Below are positions 10,427 to 20,724 of a DNA stretch of 64,000 bases, in pieces. A model generated the notes under the pieces. The model was not told where the DNA came from, searched no databases, and worked only from the letters and a program-made list of their open reading frames with translations. A program made the translations under genes and the position numbers. Source of the stretch: Candidatus Bathyarchaeia archaeon (GTDB lineage: Archaea > Thermoproteota > Bathyarchaeia > Bathyarchaeales > Bathycorpusculaceae). The stretch is taken from contig JBEKHN010000001.1 in assembly GCA_050012255.1 (NCBI GenBank), positions 320,001 to 384,000 on the forward strand, given 5' to 3'. The first letter of the stretch is position 1, and every line of letters starts with the position of its first letter.

Positions 10427-11647
10427 TTGAACATTCTGTTCCTAAGTGAATTCTTTTATCCTCACGGAGGCGGCGCTGAATTCGCCACCTATTTGTACGC
10501 CAAACTCTTGAGCAAATCAGGGTTCAACGTTGTCGTTGTCACGAACCGATTTGCAGGAGAAAAAGAAAGCTCAAAACGCGGGAATCTAACAATACATAGA
10601 CTGCCTCTTTTTAAGAGCGGCAGTGGAGTCAAATACCCAATCCTGACTAGGATTGATGTTCTGTTTTCTAATTATATGAGGAAACTGTTGAAATGGGCAT
10701 CTCTCGTTTATATTCCGAAGTCATGGTACTCTATGATACCTCTGGCGAAAGTTTACAGAAAACCTGTCATTGTTCATGTTCATGATTACAGCCCGATTTG
10801 TCCCCTGGCAATACTTTACAGTTCATCGAATCGTACAGTATGCCAAAACAGGAAAGCATGTTCTGCCCGATGCATTTATCAGTTTGAAATGGACAAAAAA
10901 AGCAGCTTCAAAGATTCTGCTTTGTCTTTGTCGCTCAATTTGTTCGCTAGGTTGCCGATTCAGAAATTCGTTGAACAAGCTGAGGCTATCGTATGCGTTT
11001 CAAAGGCACAACAAAAGATCTTGACTGAAAGCATGCCGCTAATAAGTCACAAGACACACGTGGTCTATAATCCAATGCCGAACATTTCACCAGTGGAGGT
11101 TGACGGAGACGATTTTGGATACCTGGGCGGATTCAGTCTGCTGAAGGGTTTTAATGTGCTGTGCAAGTCTTTATCCTTGGTCAATACTCATTCGTTCAAG
11201 GTTCACGTAACAGGAACTTCGATAACGCGCGAGATTGGGAGTGAACGTGCCAGACTGGAGTTCTTCAACCGGCTTGGCATCGTTCTTCACGAAAGGATGA
11301 AACATTCTGGTCAGGAGAATTTCTACAGACAGATCAAAGGAGTGATATTCCCGTCAATAGTTCCAGAACCCTTGCCCTACGTCACCGCTGAGGCTATCCT
11401 GAGGGGAAGATTGTTGATTGCCTCAAGGACAGGCGGAATTCCGGAGCAGGTCAAAGGCTGCAAAGGAGCGTTCCTGTTCGAGGCGGGCAACTACAACGAG
11501 TTGGCTGAAATTCTCGGTTATGCCAAGAACCTGGACAGAAACACGGTCTTGGAGTTAGGCTACCATGACAGAGACGTTTTTCGCAGAACGTTCAACAACG
11601 AAAAAACGCTCGCCGATTTCGAGAAGATAATTAGCAGTTTGACATGA
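10427..11647 (+). CDS. Glycosyltransferase family 4
   Basis: GGGAE, HDY..ICP, KG, PSIVPEPLP...EA...GGIPE. Confidence 0.9.
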   Translation: MNILFLSEFFYPHGGGAEFATYLYAKLLSKSGFNVVVVTNRFAGEKESSKRGNLTIHRLPLFKSGSGVKYPILTRIDVLFSNYMRKLLKWASLVYIPKSWYSMIPLAKVYRKPVIVHVHDYSPICPLAILYSSSNRTVCQNRKACSARCIYQFEMDKKSSFKDSALSLSLNLFARLPIQKFVEQAEAIVCVSKAQQKILTESMPLISHKTHVVYNPMPNISPVEVDGDDFGYLGGFSLLKGFNVLCKSLSLVNTHSFKVHVTGTSITREIGSERARLEFFNRLGIVLHERMKHSGQENFYRQIKGVIFPSIVPEPLPYVTAEAILRGRLLIASRTGGIPEQVKGCKGAFLFEAGNYNELAEILGYAKNLDRNTVLELGYHDRDVFRRTFNNEKTLADFEKIISSLT

Positions 11648-11717
11648 AGACAGCACATTTGAGCGCGTGCTATTCATTCGATACGCACACTAGCCTTATA
11701 TTGCAGAACTAGGCAGG

Positions 11718-11972
11718 ATGTTCAGCATGAAAAAGGTTTTTGGCAAGAATATTCTAGTAGCAAAAGTTGTTGGCGAGGTGCTGTTCTTGTATGGATTTCT
11801 TGGTTGGGGCTTCGGAGTGCTAGTGGCATTGGTTCGTCCGCAATGGTTGCAATGGAGTCTGTCTCATCTGACACCGTGGCTAAGGCTGGACACCTTCACG
11901 ATTGTGTCTTTCATCGTTAGCGCCGTCGGATTTTTCATGTGGAGTTTTACCAAAGAATTAAGGTCGAGTTAG
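11718..11972 (+). CDS. Small 2-TM membrane protein, copy 1
   Basis: Two hydrophobic helices. A close paralog at 33614..33889 (-) shares SLSHLTP.LRLDTFTI, which supports coding status. Confidence 0.75.
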   Translation: MFSMKKVFGKNILVAKVVGEVLFLYGFLGWGFGVLVALVRPQWLQWSLSHLTPWLRLDTFTIVSFIVSAVGFFMWSFTKELRSS

Positions 11973-12174
11973 CGCGAGTTTTCACTTCAATTGTCTCAAA
12001 ATCGGTCTTAATCGAGGCTCAAAGCTTGAAACGCCTTGAGGCGTCTTGCCAAAGGGCTCACAAGTTAGTCTTGAGGTGTCTTGAAAGCATGTCCTTTTTG
12101 TGCTTCAAGGGGATCGATACTCGTCCAACGGTTTGTGTGGTGAATGTCCACTTAGGAAAGCAAACGGTGTTGAA

Positions 12175-12897
12175 ATGAAGGTCTATAGAATTCCGACCTT
12201 AATTCACTTTTTCGGACCTGATGGTTCAGGCAAGTCTACTCACGTTGACATATTGCTGAATCTGCTGAAGGAGCAAGAACCGCGAGTTAAGAAAATCTGG
12301 CTTCGATCTCCTCACACAGTAGCTTTCTTGCTATGGCGTTTGTTTATCAAAGTGGGTTTTTACCGCGTTGTCTCAAACCCGTTTGGTGACCCTGTCAGAC
12401 TCCCAGCGGTCAATCGAAAAGGATCGCTTCGAACTCTCTGGGCCTTAGTCGAATTCTTCAGCGTCTTGCCCTTGATCGCGCGCATTCGTTTTTTGATGTT
12501 GAGAGGCTATAAATGCATTGCCGAGAGATACGTTCTCGACACGATTGTAACGGTTGCGTACTTCATAGGAGACATGAACTTCTTGACTAGCAGAATTTCG
12601 AGCCTGCTCTTTCGTTTCATCCCCCCTGACACCTTGTTCATCTTTCTAGATTCGGATTATGGAACAGTGTTCAGAAGGCGCGCACACTTGCGTGGTAAGA
12701 AGAGGTTACGCCGGAACGATGGAAACTACGGTAGTCTTCCCAGAGCTGCTGTTGAACCACAAGAATTCATCAACTTCCAGAGAAACGCCTACAAGATACT
12801 GTCAAAATCGTTCCATGCGACAGAGATCGATACGTCTTCACGTACAATAAAAGAAACATCCAACGAGATACAGAAACTACTGGAAAGTCAGGCATGA
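12175..12897 (+). CDS. Thymidylate-kinase-like P-loop kinase
   Basis: Walker A GPDGSGKST, ERY..DT and PPD...FLD motifs. Confidence 0.8.
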   Translation: MKVYRIPTLIHFFGPDGSGKSTHVDILLNLLKEQEPRVKKIWLRSPHTVAFLLWRLFIKVGFYRVVSNPFGDPVRLPAVNRKGSLRTLWALVEFFSVLPLIARIRFLMLRGYKCIAERYVLDTIVTVAYFIGDMNFLTSRISSLLFRFIPPDTLFIFLDSDYGTVFRRRAHLRGKKRLRRNDGNYGSLPRAAVEPQEFINFQRNAYKILSKSFHATEIDTSSRTIKETSNEIQKLLESQA

Positions 12898-12988
12898 AGT
12901 CTCTGGTGAAATGAGTGGCGAGCGCAAAATCCACGTGATTTAGAGATCGCGCATGTAGTGCAATGTGAACCTTCCGCTCGCCTTGTTT

Positions 12989-14011
12989 CTAGTAGGTTTC
13001 CCGAAATGCGTGGTCCACAAGTTTTCTAAAAAAATCATTTGCAAATTTAGCATCAAACATGTTAGACAATTGTTTTGCCAAGCTCCTTCTTGTTTCGTTT
13101 TGTTTCATCATTTCTATTAGGGATTTGCCGATTGTGATGGGGTGGTACTTGTGTGGCGTCTCAAATTCCTCTCTCTGGAGTCTTGCAGCTTCAAAATCCT
13201 CTTCGCCAATTGTGTCAAGAATCTTCTTGAGAGTATCAGGGACAGTTGCATGCGCGGTACAGTGCAAAAAGGCGGTAATAGCCGCGTGCGTCTTGGTTGC
13301 ATGTTTGATGTTGCATTTCTCCGCTGTTCGGACAAAATTTTCCACGTCGATCTGTTTCAGATAATAGATGAATGTGTAGTATTCTGCGAGCGTGTACATT
13401 TGTTCTTTTACTATTGAGTGAGCGATTATGCATATTAAGTCAGCTTCGGGTTTTAAGGTTTTTACAGGTCTGTTGTTCGTCAATTTTTTCTCTATAATGG
13501 AGTCTATGAGCTTACGTTTGTCTATGTAGGTTATTGAGCTTACAGCAATTTGATCATACAAGTCAATTCCTATGCCGTTGTCTCGATCCCATATTGTTGT
13601 TGACATTGGTCCTTGCACCACTAAACTGTATCCTGCTTCTTGCATCGTCTCCACAGCCTTTGCGTATCCTGCGAAAACGATCACGTCTATGTCAACTGTT
13701 GTGGATCTGTAAGGTCTAATGGTCTTGAAGACCGCGTGCTCAATGTGCGTCTCCGATAAGATGCGTGAGACCCTGGAAATTGAGTTATCTATTCTCAAGC
13801 GTTTGATGTTTTCGCTTTCATGGATGGAGGAAAAAGTGCTCACACGGTTTCGCGGGTTCATCGTTTGCAGCCTGTCCAGATAGTAAAAAAGCATCCTGTT
13901 TTTTTCCGAGAGCTGATAAAGTCTTATCAATTCCATCTTGGTAAATGTCCTGACCGTTGGCGACGCAAATGGAGACCCTAGTAGTTGCAGAAGCTCGACC
14001 GTTGAGTTCAT
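12989..14011 (-). CDS. Nucleotidyltransferase family protein (NTP_transf_5-like)
   Basis: FKT.RPY....DIDV catalytic motif, IDLY, PEADL....AH..KE. Confidence 0.75.
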   Translation of the reverse strand: MNSTVELLQLLGSPFASPTVRTFTKMELIRLYQLSEKNRMLFYYLDRLQTMNPRNRVSTFSSIHESENIKRLRIDNSISRVSRILSETHIEHAVFKTIRPYRSTTVDIDVIVFAGYAKAVETMQEAGYSLVVQGPMSTTIWDRDNGIGIDLYDQIAVSSITYIDKRKLIDSIIEKKLTNNRPVKTLKPEADLICIIAHSIVKEQMYTLAEYYTFIYYLKQIDVENFVRTAEKCNIKHATKTHAAITAFLHCTAHATVPDTLKKILDTIGEEDFEAARLQREEFETPHKYHPITIGKSLIEMMKQNETRRSLAKQLSNMFDAKFANDFFRKLVDHAFRETY

Positions 14012-14123
14012 TTATCTCATCTTTGATTATCCACCTGTTGGTACAATCAAGTATTAGTATTATGCTCTCGAGCGCGCCACTCGAAGAGCCATAACCATAT
14101 ACTTTATACAAAACGTTTATGAA

Positions 14124-14669
14124 ATGGTCGAGGAAGGGAGTCTGATGAAATATTCCGTCAAGTTTCTTATCAGGCTGTGTGTTTTGTGGGCGACAGTATT
14201 CATTGCCCTTGATTTGGGAATTATCCGGGTCCCTTCAGTTGTTGCAAGCGATAACACTTCTTTGAAGGTTGGTGAAGCTGATGATGCCTTGCAGAGGGCT
14301 TTTATGGCTGTTTCGGAAGCTGAGAATGCCGGGGCGAACGTTTCCAGTCTGTTGGTTCAGCTAGAAGAAGCAGGTCAAATCTTGGTAGAAGCCAAATTGG
14401 CTTACAACAACGCTAATTTCAATGAAGCTACTGGTGCAGCTGACGAGTGTTCCGTATTAGCGAGTAGCGTCATAAATCAGGCTTCAACTCTGGAAAGTTC
14501 AGCTTTGATCAGTACTCGTGTCCTGTTGTGGCAAATGATTGCATTCGCTGCAGTTGGAGGATTCGTCTTCGCAATAGTCTTGTTGATGATTTGGGTTAGA
14601 TTCAGGAAGCACTACGTAAAGAACTTGAACAGCAAGAAGCCAAGGGTTGAGTTCGATGCTGAAGCTTAA
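14124..14669 (+). CDS. Hypothetical membrane-anchored helical protein
   Basis: N-terminal signal, AE.AGANVS.L helical bundle, C-terminal TM with basic tail. Confidence 0.7.
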   Translation: MVEEGSLMKYSVKFLIRLCVLWATVFIALDLGIIRVPSVVASDNTSLKVGEADDALQRAFMAVSEAENAGANVSSLLVQLEEAGQILVEAKLAYNNANFNEATGAADECSVLASSVINQASTLESSALISTRVLLWQMIAFAAVGGFVFAIVLLMIWVRFRKHYVKNLNSKKPRVEFDAEA

Positions 14670-15264
14670 ACACTACAAAGCGATCTTTGCGATCACGGGC
14701 TTGGTCGGCATCCTTTTGTTTGCTTCTCCAACGTTGAGTCTTGTGTTACACCTTCCTGGCGGAGAGAAGTTCTCTGAACTCTGGATTTTGGGACCTACGC
14801 ACGTGGCCGGAGATGTTCCTTTCAACGTTAGAGCTAATGAAACATACACGATTTATCTGGGCGTTGGCAATTACATGGAATCTTCAGCCTACTATATTGT
14901 TGAGGTGAAGTTTAGAAATCAAACTGACCCTTTTCCGGATCCGTTGAGCAAGACGCCAAACACTCTTAATCCCATCTTTGAGTATCGCGTTTTCCTAGGC
15001 GACAACGATGTCTGGGAGAGAGAAATTGCGTTTTCCTTCGAAAATGTTTCATTCAAGAACAATACGAGCACAATCTCCAGCATAGTCATAGATGGACACG
15101 CATTACACGTTGACAAAGATGTTGCGTGGGATCAGACCAACAATGGCTTTAATTACGAATTGTTCTTTGAACTGTGGCTATACAATGCTCCGGCATCGAG
15201 TTTTCAATACAATGATAGAGTAGTAGGACTGCAGTTCAACATGACTGACAATAAGACGCTTTAG
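14656..15264 (+). CDS. DUF1616-like protein (C-terminal extracellular part)
   Basis: TM followed by EKFSELWILGP, GVGN.....YY, FELW motifs. Confidence 0.7.
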   Translation: MLKLKHYKAIFAITGLVGILLFASPTLSLVLHLPGGEKFSELWILGPTHVAGDVPFNVRANETYTIYLGVGNYMESSAYYIVEVKFRNQTDPFPDPLSKTPNTLNPIFEYRVFLGDNDVWEREIAFSFENVSFKNNTSTISSIVIDGHALHVDKDVAWDQTNNGFNYELFFELWLYNAPASSFQYNDRVVGLQFNMTDNKTL

Positions 15265-15285
15265 GCGAGGGGGTGTTATGGGAAG

Positions 15286-17016
15286 ATGGACAAGTCAAAT
15301 GACGATCGACGGTCACGAAAGGTACAGTTGTTAGTAGTTGCGTTTTTTGTGTTCTTGGTTCTCCTAGTTGTCCAGGTTTTTCTGAGCACGAAGGACAGTA
15401 CTGACTCTTGGATCTTGGAGGGTCTTGTTCCGTACTTTATTCTGGTTACTCTAACCTATAGTGCAATTGTGTCCTATTCTTCAAACATGAAACTAATAGC
15501 TTTGATTAGTGGTTTTTATCTTGTTGCATTGAACGTTATACCAACTCTAAAATACGTTTTTGTCTATGGTTATCATGATCCGTTGGATCATTTTGGTTCT
15601 ATCCAACAAACGATAGCAGCAGGGCATATGTCCGAGGTAGGTGTTTACAGTGAGCAATATGGAGCTGCGCCCGGGCTGCATCTCCTAGTATCGGAATTGT
15701 CAATGGTGACTGGTTCGAATGCGCTTTTTGCCTTCAAATTATTCCTGGTGGTTTCTCCTTTCATTTTACCACTTGTCGTCTATCTTGTAATGAAGAGGTT
15801 GGACGCGCCCAACGGGCTTGTAAAGGCGGCTCTGTTTGCTAGCGTGATAACCGCACCAGTAACGTACATTTATACAGGCACAACTTCCGTCTATCCTCTT
15901 TATGAGATGTTCATTTGCTTTTGCTTGCTCTTCTTCTCCTTCGGACCACGTTCGCGTTCAGAATTTGTTACTGCGTTTGTGATAGGGGTAGGAATAGTGG
16001 TGTCGCATGATTCAACTTCCTTCTTTTTGTTGGTGATCGTGTCCTCGACTATGTTATTTATCATATTGGCGAGAAGAATCGGGATTTTTAAGAGAATTCC
16101 AAATCTGTCGATTCTCTTTGCTATGAGCTTTGGGACTCTCGTACTTGCGCATTTCACTTTTACTTCCAGCACTGGTAATCTCACAAGACTTTTGTCTCTG
16201 ATGGATCAGATGATTGTGAGGACACTGTTTGGGCACCAATTGGCGGCTGTCAGCTATTATCAAGGTTTTTTCAGTCTAGGTTTAATTGACAGGATAAAAA
16301 TTTTCTTGATTACTTACGGAAATGTTGCTATCCTACTCTTACTTGTTGCTGCGGCTCCTTTTGCGTTGTACAAACTTCGTAGAGCGAATGTGAAACTGCG
16401 CGGATTCTACTATAACATGATCTTTCCAGCCTTGCTGGCTTTCTTGTCATTTGCTCTGTATCTTTTTGTTAGCGGCGCTCCAGATAGAGGATTGATTTAT
16501 TTTGCTGCCTTTGCACCATTCCTTGCTGGATTAACAATATACTACCTATTTTTCTCAAGGAGATATCGCTTCGATAATCTGGTCGTGACAATCGTCGTTT
16601 TCTCTTTGATCTGCGCATGCGTTCTATCTACATTCCCTGTTCAGCCCTTGATGCCAACCGTTTCTACAACACAGGGGAGTTATTATGCTTATGACTTGAG
16701 ACAAGTCAACACCGTATATGATCGATCGCTAGTTCTGTTTGTGAGCGCACATAACTCAAGCCTAAGTATATGGACAGACGATATTCTGAGGGATCTAACA
16801 CTCGCCTTAACGAACTCAGATTTTCAGTCTTTACTTACCTCGAACCCAGAGAAAGCTGCATTGTTGCTTCTTTCAGTATCCCATGCCATTCCATCAGGCA
16901 GAAATGCGTTTAGCAATGAGCAATACATCCAGAACGCCTCGCTACAGGATGATATCCTATATTCGAATGGTCTTTCATTTGCGATGTTGAACACGAGCAA
17001 CACTGCATTCCCATAG
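15286..17016 (+). CDS. Polytopic membrane protein (possible GT-C or polymerase-like)
   Basis: About 12-13 hydrophobic segments; D...H and YxxxPG.H loop motifs; glycosylation-locus context. Confidence 0.6.
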   Translation: MDKSNDDRRSRKVQLLVVAFFVFLVLLVVQVFLSTKDSTDSWILEGLVPYFILVTLTYSAIVSYSSNMKLIALISGFYLVALNVIPTLKYVFVYGYHDPLDHFGSIQQTIAAGHMSEVGVYSEQYGAAPGLHLLVSELSMVTGSNALFAFKLFLVVSPFILPLVVYLVMKRLDAPNGLVKAALFASVITAPVTYIYTGTTSVYPLYEMFICFCLLFFSFGPRSRSEFVTAFVIGVGIVVSHDSTSFFLLVIVSSTMLFIILARRIGIFKRIPNLSILFAMSFGTLVLAHFTFTSSTGNLTRLLSLMDQMIVRTLFGHQLAAVSYYQGFFSLGLIDRIKIFLITYGNVAILLLLVAAAPFALYKLRRANVKLRGFYYNMIFPALLAFLSFALYLFVSGAPDRGLIYFAAFAPFLAGLTIYYLFFSRRYRFDNLVVTIVVFSLICACVLSTFPVQPLMPTVSTTQGSYYAYDLRQVNTVYDRSLVLFVSAHNSSLSIWTDDILRDLTLALTNSDFQSLLTSNPEKAALLLLSVSHAIPSGRNAFSNEQYIQNASLQDDILYSNGLSFAMLNTSNTAFP

Positions 17017-17439
17017 ATTTTGAGATGGTTAACTAGCGCGTTTGAATTCTAGTTCAGACATGGTATAACGCTTGCATGAAGAATTCAGAAAAAATAATAA
17101 TGTTTCATTGGTGAACGCGTCGATCCGTTAAACGACGTCCTCAAAATGCTCGCCCGCTCAGCAGTAAAGGATTTGACAGAGGTGATACATTTCTGATATA
17201 ACAAGAGGTTTTTGTGCTCATGCGCGCGGGCAGATTAAATAATTGTTTTTAATGGGAGAGCCCGGTCTCCTCTTATTGGTTAGAATGAAGCGCGCGCGAC
17301 CGACATCCCGATGACGGAATTACTATTACTTAATTTCACCCCCTTTTAAAGAGCGCGATATCCATTCAGCGACCTTAGAACCCTTAGAAACACACCTTAA
17401 ACAACATTTAGGGTCTCTAACGCGTTTAAGCGGGTTTTT

Positions 17440-17506
17440 TAAGGCGTTTAACGCAAATCCAAGGTCGGTCAACATACATTTCCTAAGGCGTTTAACGCAA
17501 ATCCAA
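17440..17506. repeat. 23-bp perfect direct repeat TAAGGCGTTTAACGCAAATCCAA x2 (17440-17462, 17484-17506)
   Basis: Read directly; 44-bp period. Confidence 0.9.
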
Positions 17507-17812
17507 CACCGAACTCAAGGACCTTAAAAACCTTAAATCCAGGCCCTAATCATGCCGTAACAGAAAAAGGCTTGCACACCCGATAGCAGCTATCGGATGA
17601 GCATGGTTCAAAGTCTAGCGGTCGGGCATGGGCCGCACGGCTTAACCAATCCTGGTAGTTTTGTGTAGCCTCTGATCTAATCCTGTCAAACCGCTCTTTT
17701 GTGGTCCACGTCATGCGTGTCGGAAAGCGCGCGCGCTAAAATGTGCGTGGGGTTATCCAAATAGCTTTTATTATAGTCTCTGCGTTGTACCCTAGTGTTA
17801 CGCATACAAAGA

Positions 17813-18000
17813 ATGATTGTTTCGGTGATAATACCCACGTACAAGAGAGTTACTGAAACGAAAAATCTTTTAGACATGATACAACGGCAAGACATGGCAC
17901 CCTATGAGATCCTCGTAGTTGATGACACGCCGTCCAGACAAATTGAAACCTTGTGCCATGACTGTAAAGAAGGACTAGCAAACAAAGGTTGCGAACTGGT
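17813..18000 (+). pseudogene. GT2 glycosyltransferase 5' fragment truncated at TAGCGCGCGCTA
   Basis: MIVSVIIPTYKR...EILVVDD is the canonical GT2 N-terminus. Similarity stops at the motif at 18000-18011. Confidence 0.8.
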
Positions 18001-18013
18001 AGCGCGCGCTAAA
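17998..18013. repeat. Palindromic junction motif GGTAGCGCGCGCTAAA (identical at 20622-20637 and 52697-52712)
   Basis: Exact 16-mer seen three times; the 12-mer core also occurs at 22978-22989. Confidence 0.95.
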
Positions 18014-18126
18014 CCTCAAATTCTCGTAACGCGCAGACAAGTTTTTCTTGAAGAAGCTTACAATCTAATCCAAGGTGCTTGCAGGTCCGTCTTGGAAACA
18101 TTCACGATATACCGACAGAGGTTGTT

Positions 18127-19317
18127 ATGCTTATGCGCATCTTCTTTCTAGGTGATGCAGAACCTAGACTCGTGCTCGGAAGCGCGGCTGCGCTTGCGAT
18201 GAAGGGCCATGATGTCTTCCATGTAAGCCCATCAAAGAATCTGTTTCCAAGTTTCGCTGAGAAAATCCAAGTTGAAGTTTATGAAGGATTGCGCGTTCCA
18301 ATAAACCGGATAGATATACCTGTTATCGGAGAGAAGAATCTTGCTGGTAGAGAAATCAGTCCGCAAGGCGTTTCTGCCTCTGTATTAACGTTGTTGAAAG
18401 AGGTTTCTCCAGATGTGATTGTATCGTATCCAGAAAGCTGGATGCTGGCTCGTTCGCTGAGCAAGAAGCTGTATATTCCGTTGGTTCTCTACTTAGTCGG
18501 CATCAGAGCACTATATCTATTTACCTACCTGCAGTTTTTTCACAAGTATTCCGACATATTGCGTGCCCCATTTTCTTGCACTTATAATGTGGCTCTCTCT
18601 GAACTATCAGATTTCACGATTGCACCAAAAAAAACCGTAAAGTTCCTCAGATATTTTGGGATTCGAAGAGTTGCTGCGCTTCGCCCTCTTTTTGCGCGCG
18701 TCAATTTCTCGTCAGAACGCGTACGCAGAGGGACTAACATCGAGCTGCCTGAGTCTTATGTACTAAGCATTGCCACAGTCAGTAGAGACAGGAACCCTGA
18801 GATAGACCTAGGCGTTTTTCGGATTGTTATGGCTATTGCACGCAAAACACCAGATGTTTTCTTCGTGGTTGTTGGCACATCGATTAGCGATTTAACGAAT
18901 CTGGGCAAAGCTTCTGCCCTGCCAGGTAATGTGCGGCTTGTGGGAAAGATATTCGACGATGATTTGCTTGCTGTTATGTACAGGAAAGCCAAGTGTGTTC
19001 TGTGTCCGATAGTGTACCCAGGGCTGTCCACTAGAGTTGATGAAGCTCTTTTCTACAAAAGACCCATTGTAATGACCAAGACGACTGCTGACTCATATGG
19101 TGCGCTTGTGGATCACGAAAATTGCATTGTCGAGCAGGATTTTGGCAAGTGGCCTGCAAAGGTGCTCCAAGTAATGGACGATAGTGAATTGAGAAAAAAA
19201 CTCGAAGTGGGTGCGGAAAGATACTACGCCGAAGTATGTTCACCGAAACGGCACGCGCTGATATTGGAACAAATACTTAACTACGTGGTTGAGTACGCAC
19301 AAGCACGAAAAAATTGA
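18127..19317 (+). CDS. Glycosyltransferase family 4 (divergent)
   Basis: GHDV, PDVIV, C-terminal EAL...PIV and GT-B pattern. Confidence 0.75.
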   Translation: MLMRIFFLGDAEPRLVLGSAAALAMKGHDVFHVSPSKNLFPSFAEKIQVEVYEGLRVPINRIDIPVIGEKNLAGREISPQGVSASVLTLLKEVSPDVIVSYPESWMLARSLSKKLYIPLVLYLVGIRALYLFTYLQFFHKYSDILRAPFSCTYNVALSELSDFTIAPKKTVKFLRYFGIRRVAALRPLFARVNFSSERVRRGTNIELPESYVLSIATVSRDRNPEIDLGVFRIVMAIARKTPDVFFVVVGTSISDLTNLGKASALPGNVRLVGKIFDDDLLAVMYRKAKCVLCPIVYPGLSTRVDEALFYKRPIVMTKTTADSYGALVDHENCIVEQDFGKWPAKVLQVMDDSELRKKLEVGAERYYAEVCSPKRHALILEQILNYVVEYAQARKN

Positions 19318-19613
19318 ACGGAAAATCAGAAAAAGGAAGAATCGGCACACCCCACGCTTCAGTAGTGATTGTGGAACACGCTAAGAAACTACTTCAACTG
19401 TTCTGATTCTAGTGCAATATGGAGAAACCATAATCCTTAACTGTTTCTTCATGAGATTCAGGAAGGAAGGAATCTTAATTGAACCAGGAGGTCATTTACT
19501 GTTTATTGCTGAAGGTGATCGCGCGTGTCATTGCTGAATGACTGCGACATTGTTGCTCGGGCGCGCGCTCCGGGCTCGAAAAAAGAGCCTTCTTGGTTGC
19601 AGGAGAGATCTAC

Positions 19614-20597
19614 ATGACGAAGTTCAAAAGCATTCTGGTCTGTGGGGGGGCGGGTTTTTACGGAAGCAGCATAGTGGACGTGCTGGTTAAAGCCGGGGCT
19701 GAAAAAGTCATTGTCGTGGACAATCTGTTTCTTGGAAATCTGGAGAACCTCCAATGGGCGCAACGTAATGGCAATTTAATCGTGTATAGGGAAGACGCGC
19801 GCTACATCTCCGTCTTGGAAAGCATAATTGAAAAAGAGAAGCCTGAGGCTGTAATCAACTGCGCTGTCAAATGCCTACCGTACGGCTTTGTCGACCCAGA
19901 GGGTGCGTTTACTGCGGGAGTTGATATTGCGGTAAATCTCTGCAATTTGTTACGCAAGAAAAAGTTTGTGAGACTGGCGCAAGTTTCTTCATCAGAATCC
20001 TATGGCTCAGCAGAATACGTGCCTATGGACGAGAAACACCCTTTTCATCCTGAGACTTCCTATGCTGCTGGAAAAGCCGCTGCTGATCTCATTGTTCTGT
20101 CCTATCGAAATATGTACAACTGCGAGGCTACGGTCATAAGACCTTTCAACATGTATGGTCCGAGGCAAAACATGGCTGCATACGCTGCTGTTATCCCTGT
20201 GACGATTCGAAGATTGCTTACTTCAGAGAAGCCCGTGTTAGAAGGAGATGGCGAGCAAACTCGGGACTTTACTTATGTAGAGGATGCCGCTGAAGGGGCG
20301 CTGGCATTGCTGGAGTGTGATGCTGCGTTGGGCAAAGTTGTGAACTTGGGAACAGGAAAAGAGACGAAAATCAAAGACCTCATTGCCATGATTTGCGAAC
20401 ATTTCGGCTATCCCTTCGAGCAAATTAAACGTGCACCAACAAGACCAGCCGATGTAAGAAGATTGTGTGCGGGAATAGAACTGGCGAAAGAACTGATTGG
20501 CTGGAAACCGAAAACCGACTTCAAAGCAGGCATCGAGAAGACATCCAAATGGTTCAGCGAAACGATGAGAATAACAAGCAGAATGACTTACTACTAA
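19614..20597 (+). CDS. NAD-dependent nucleotide-sugar epimerase/dehydratase
   Basis: GGAGFYG, SSSESYG, YAAGK, RPFNMYGPRQ, GDGEQTRDF. Confidence 0.93.
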   Translation: MTKFKSILVCGGAGFYGSSIVDVLVKAGAEKVIVVDNLFLGNLENLQWAQRNGNLIVYREDARYISVLESIIEKEKPEAVINCAVKCLPYGFVDPEGAFTAGVDIAVNLCNLLRKKKFVRLAQVSSSESYGSAEYVPMDEKHPFHPETSYAAGKAAADLIVLSYRNMYNCEATVIRPFNMYGPRQNMAAYAAVIPVTIRRLLTSEKPVLEGDGEQTRDFTYVEDAAEGALALLECDAALGKVVNLGTGKETKIKDLIAMICEHFGYPFEQIKRAPTRPADVRRLCAGIELAKELIGWKPKTDFKAGIEKTSKWFSETMRITSRMTYY

Positions 20598-20621
20598 CTA
20601 TTTCAGTGACTGAGACGCCCC

Positions 20622-20637
20622 GGTAGCGCGCGCTAAA
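20622..20637. repeat. Palindromic junction motif GGTAGCGCGCGCTAAA
   Basis: Exact copy of 17998-18013. Confidence 0.95.
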
Positions 20638-20724
20638 AAGCGCTAGGCATATTAGTCCTCAAAACGAAACACAACTGTGCAGATCATGCTACCTTCGGAG
20701 TTCTAGGAATCCTTGGAGAAAAAA

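Noticed and set aside
17440-17506. Possible mini CRISPR array (23-bp repeat x2)
   Set aside because: Only two repeats, a 21-bp spacer, and no cas genes or leader. It fits an iteron-like repeat better.
17580-17690. Possible tRNA or C/D box sRNA
   Set aside because: Hairpins are present, but there is no cloverleaf, T-loop consensus or proper RUGAUGA box C.
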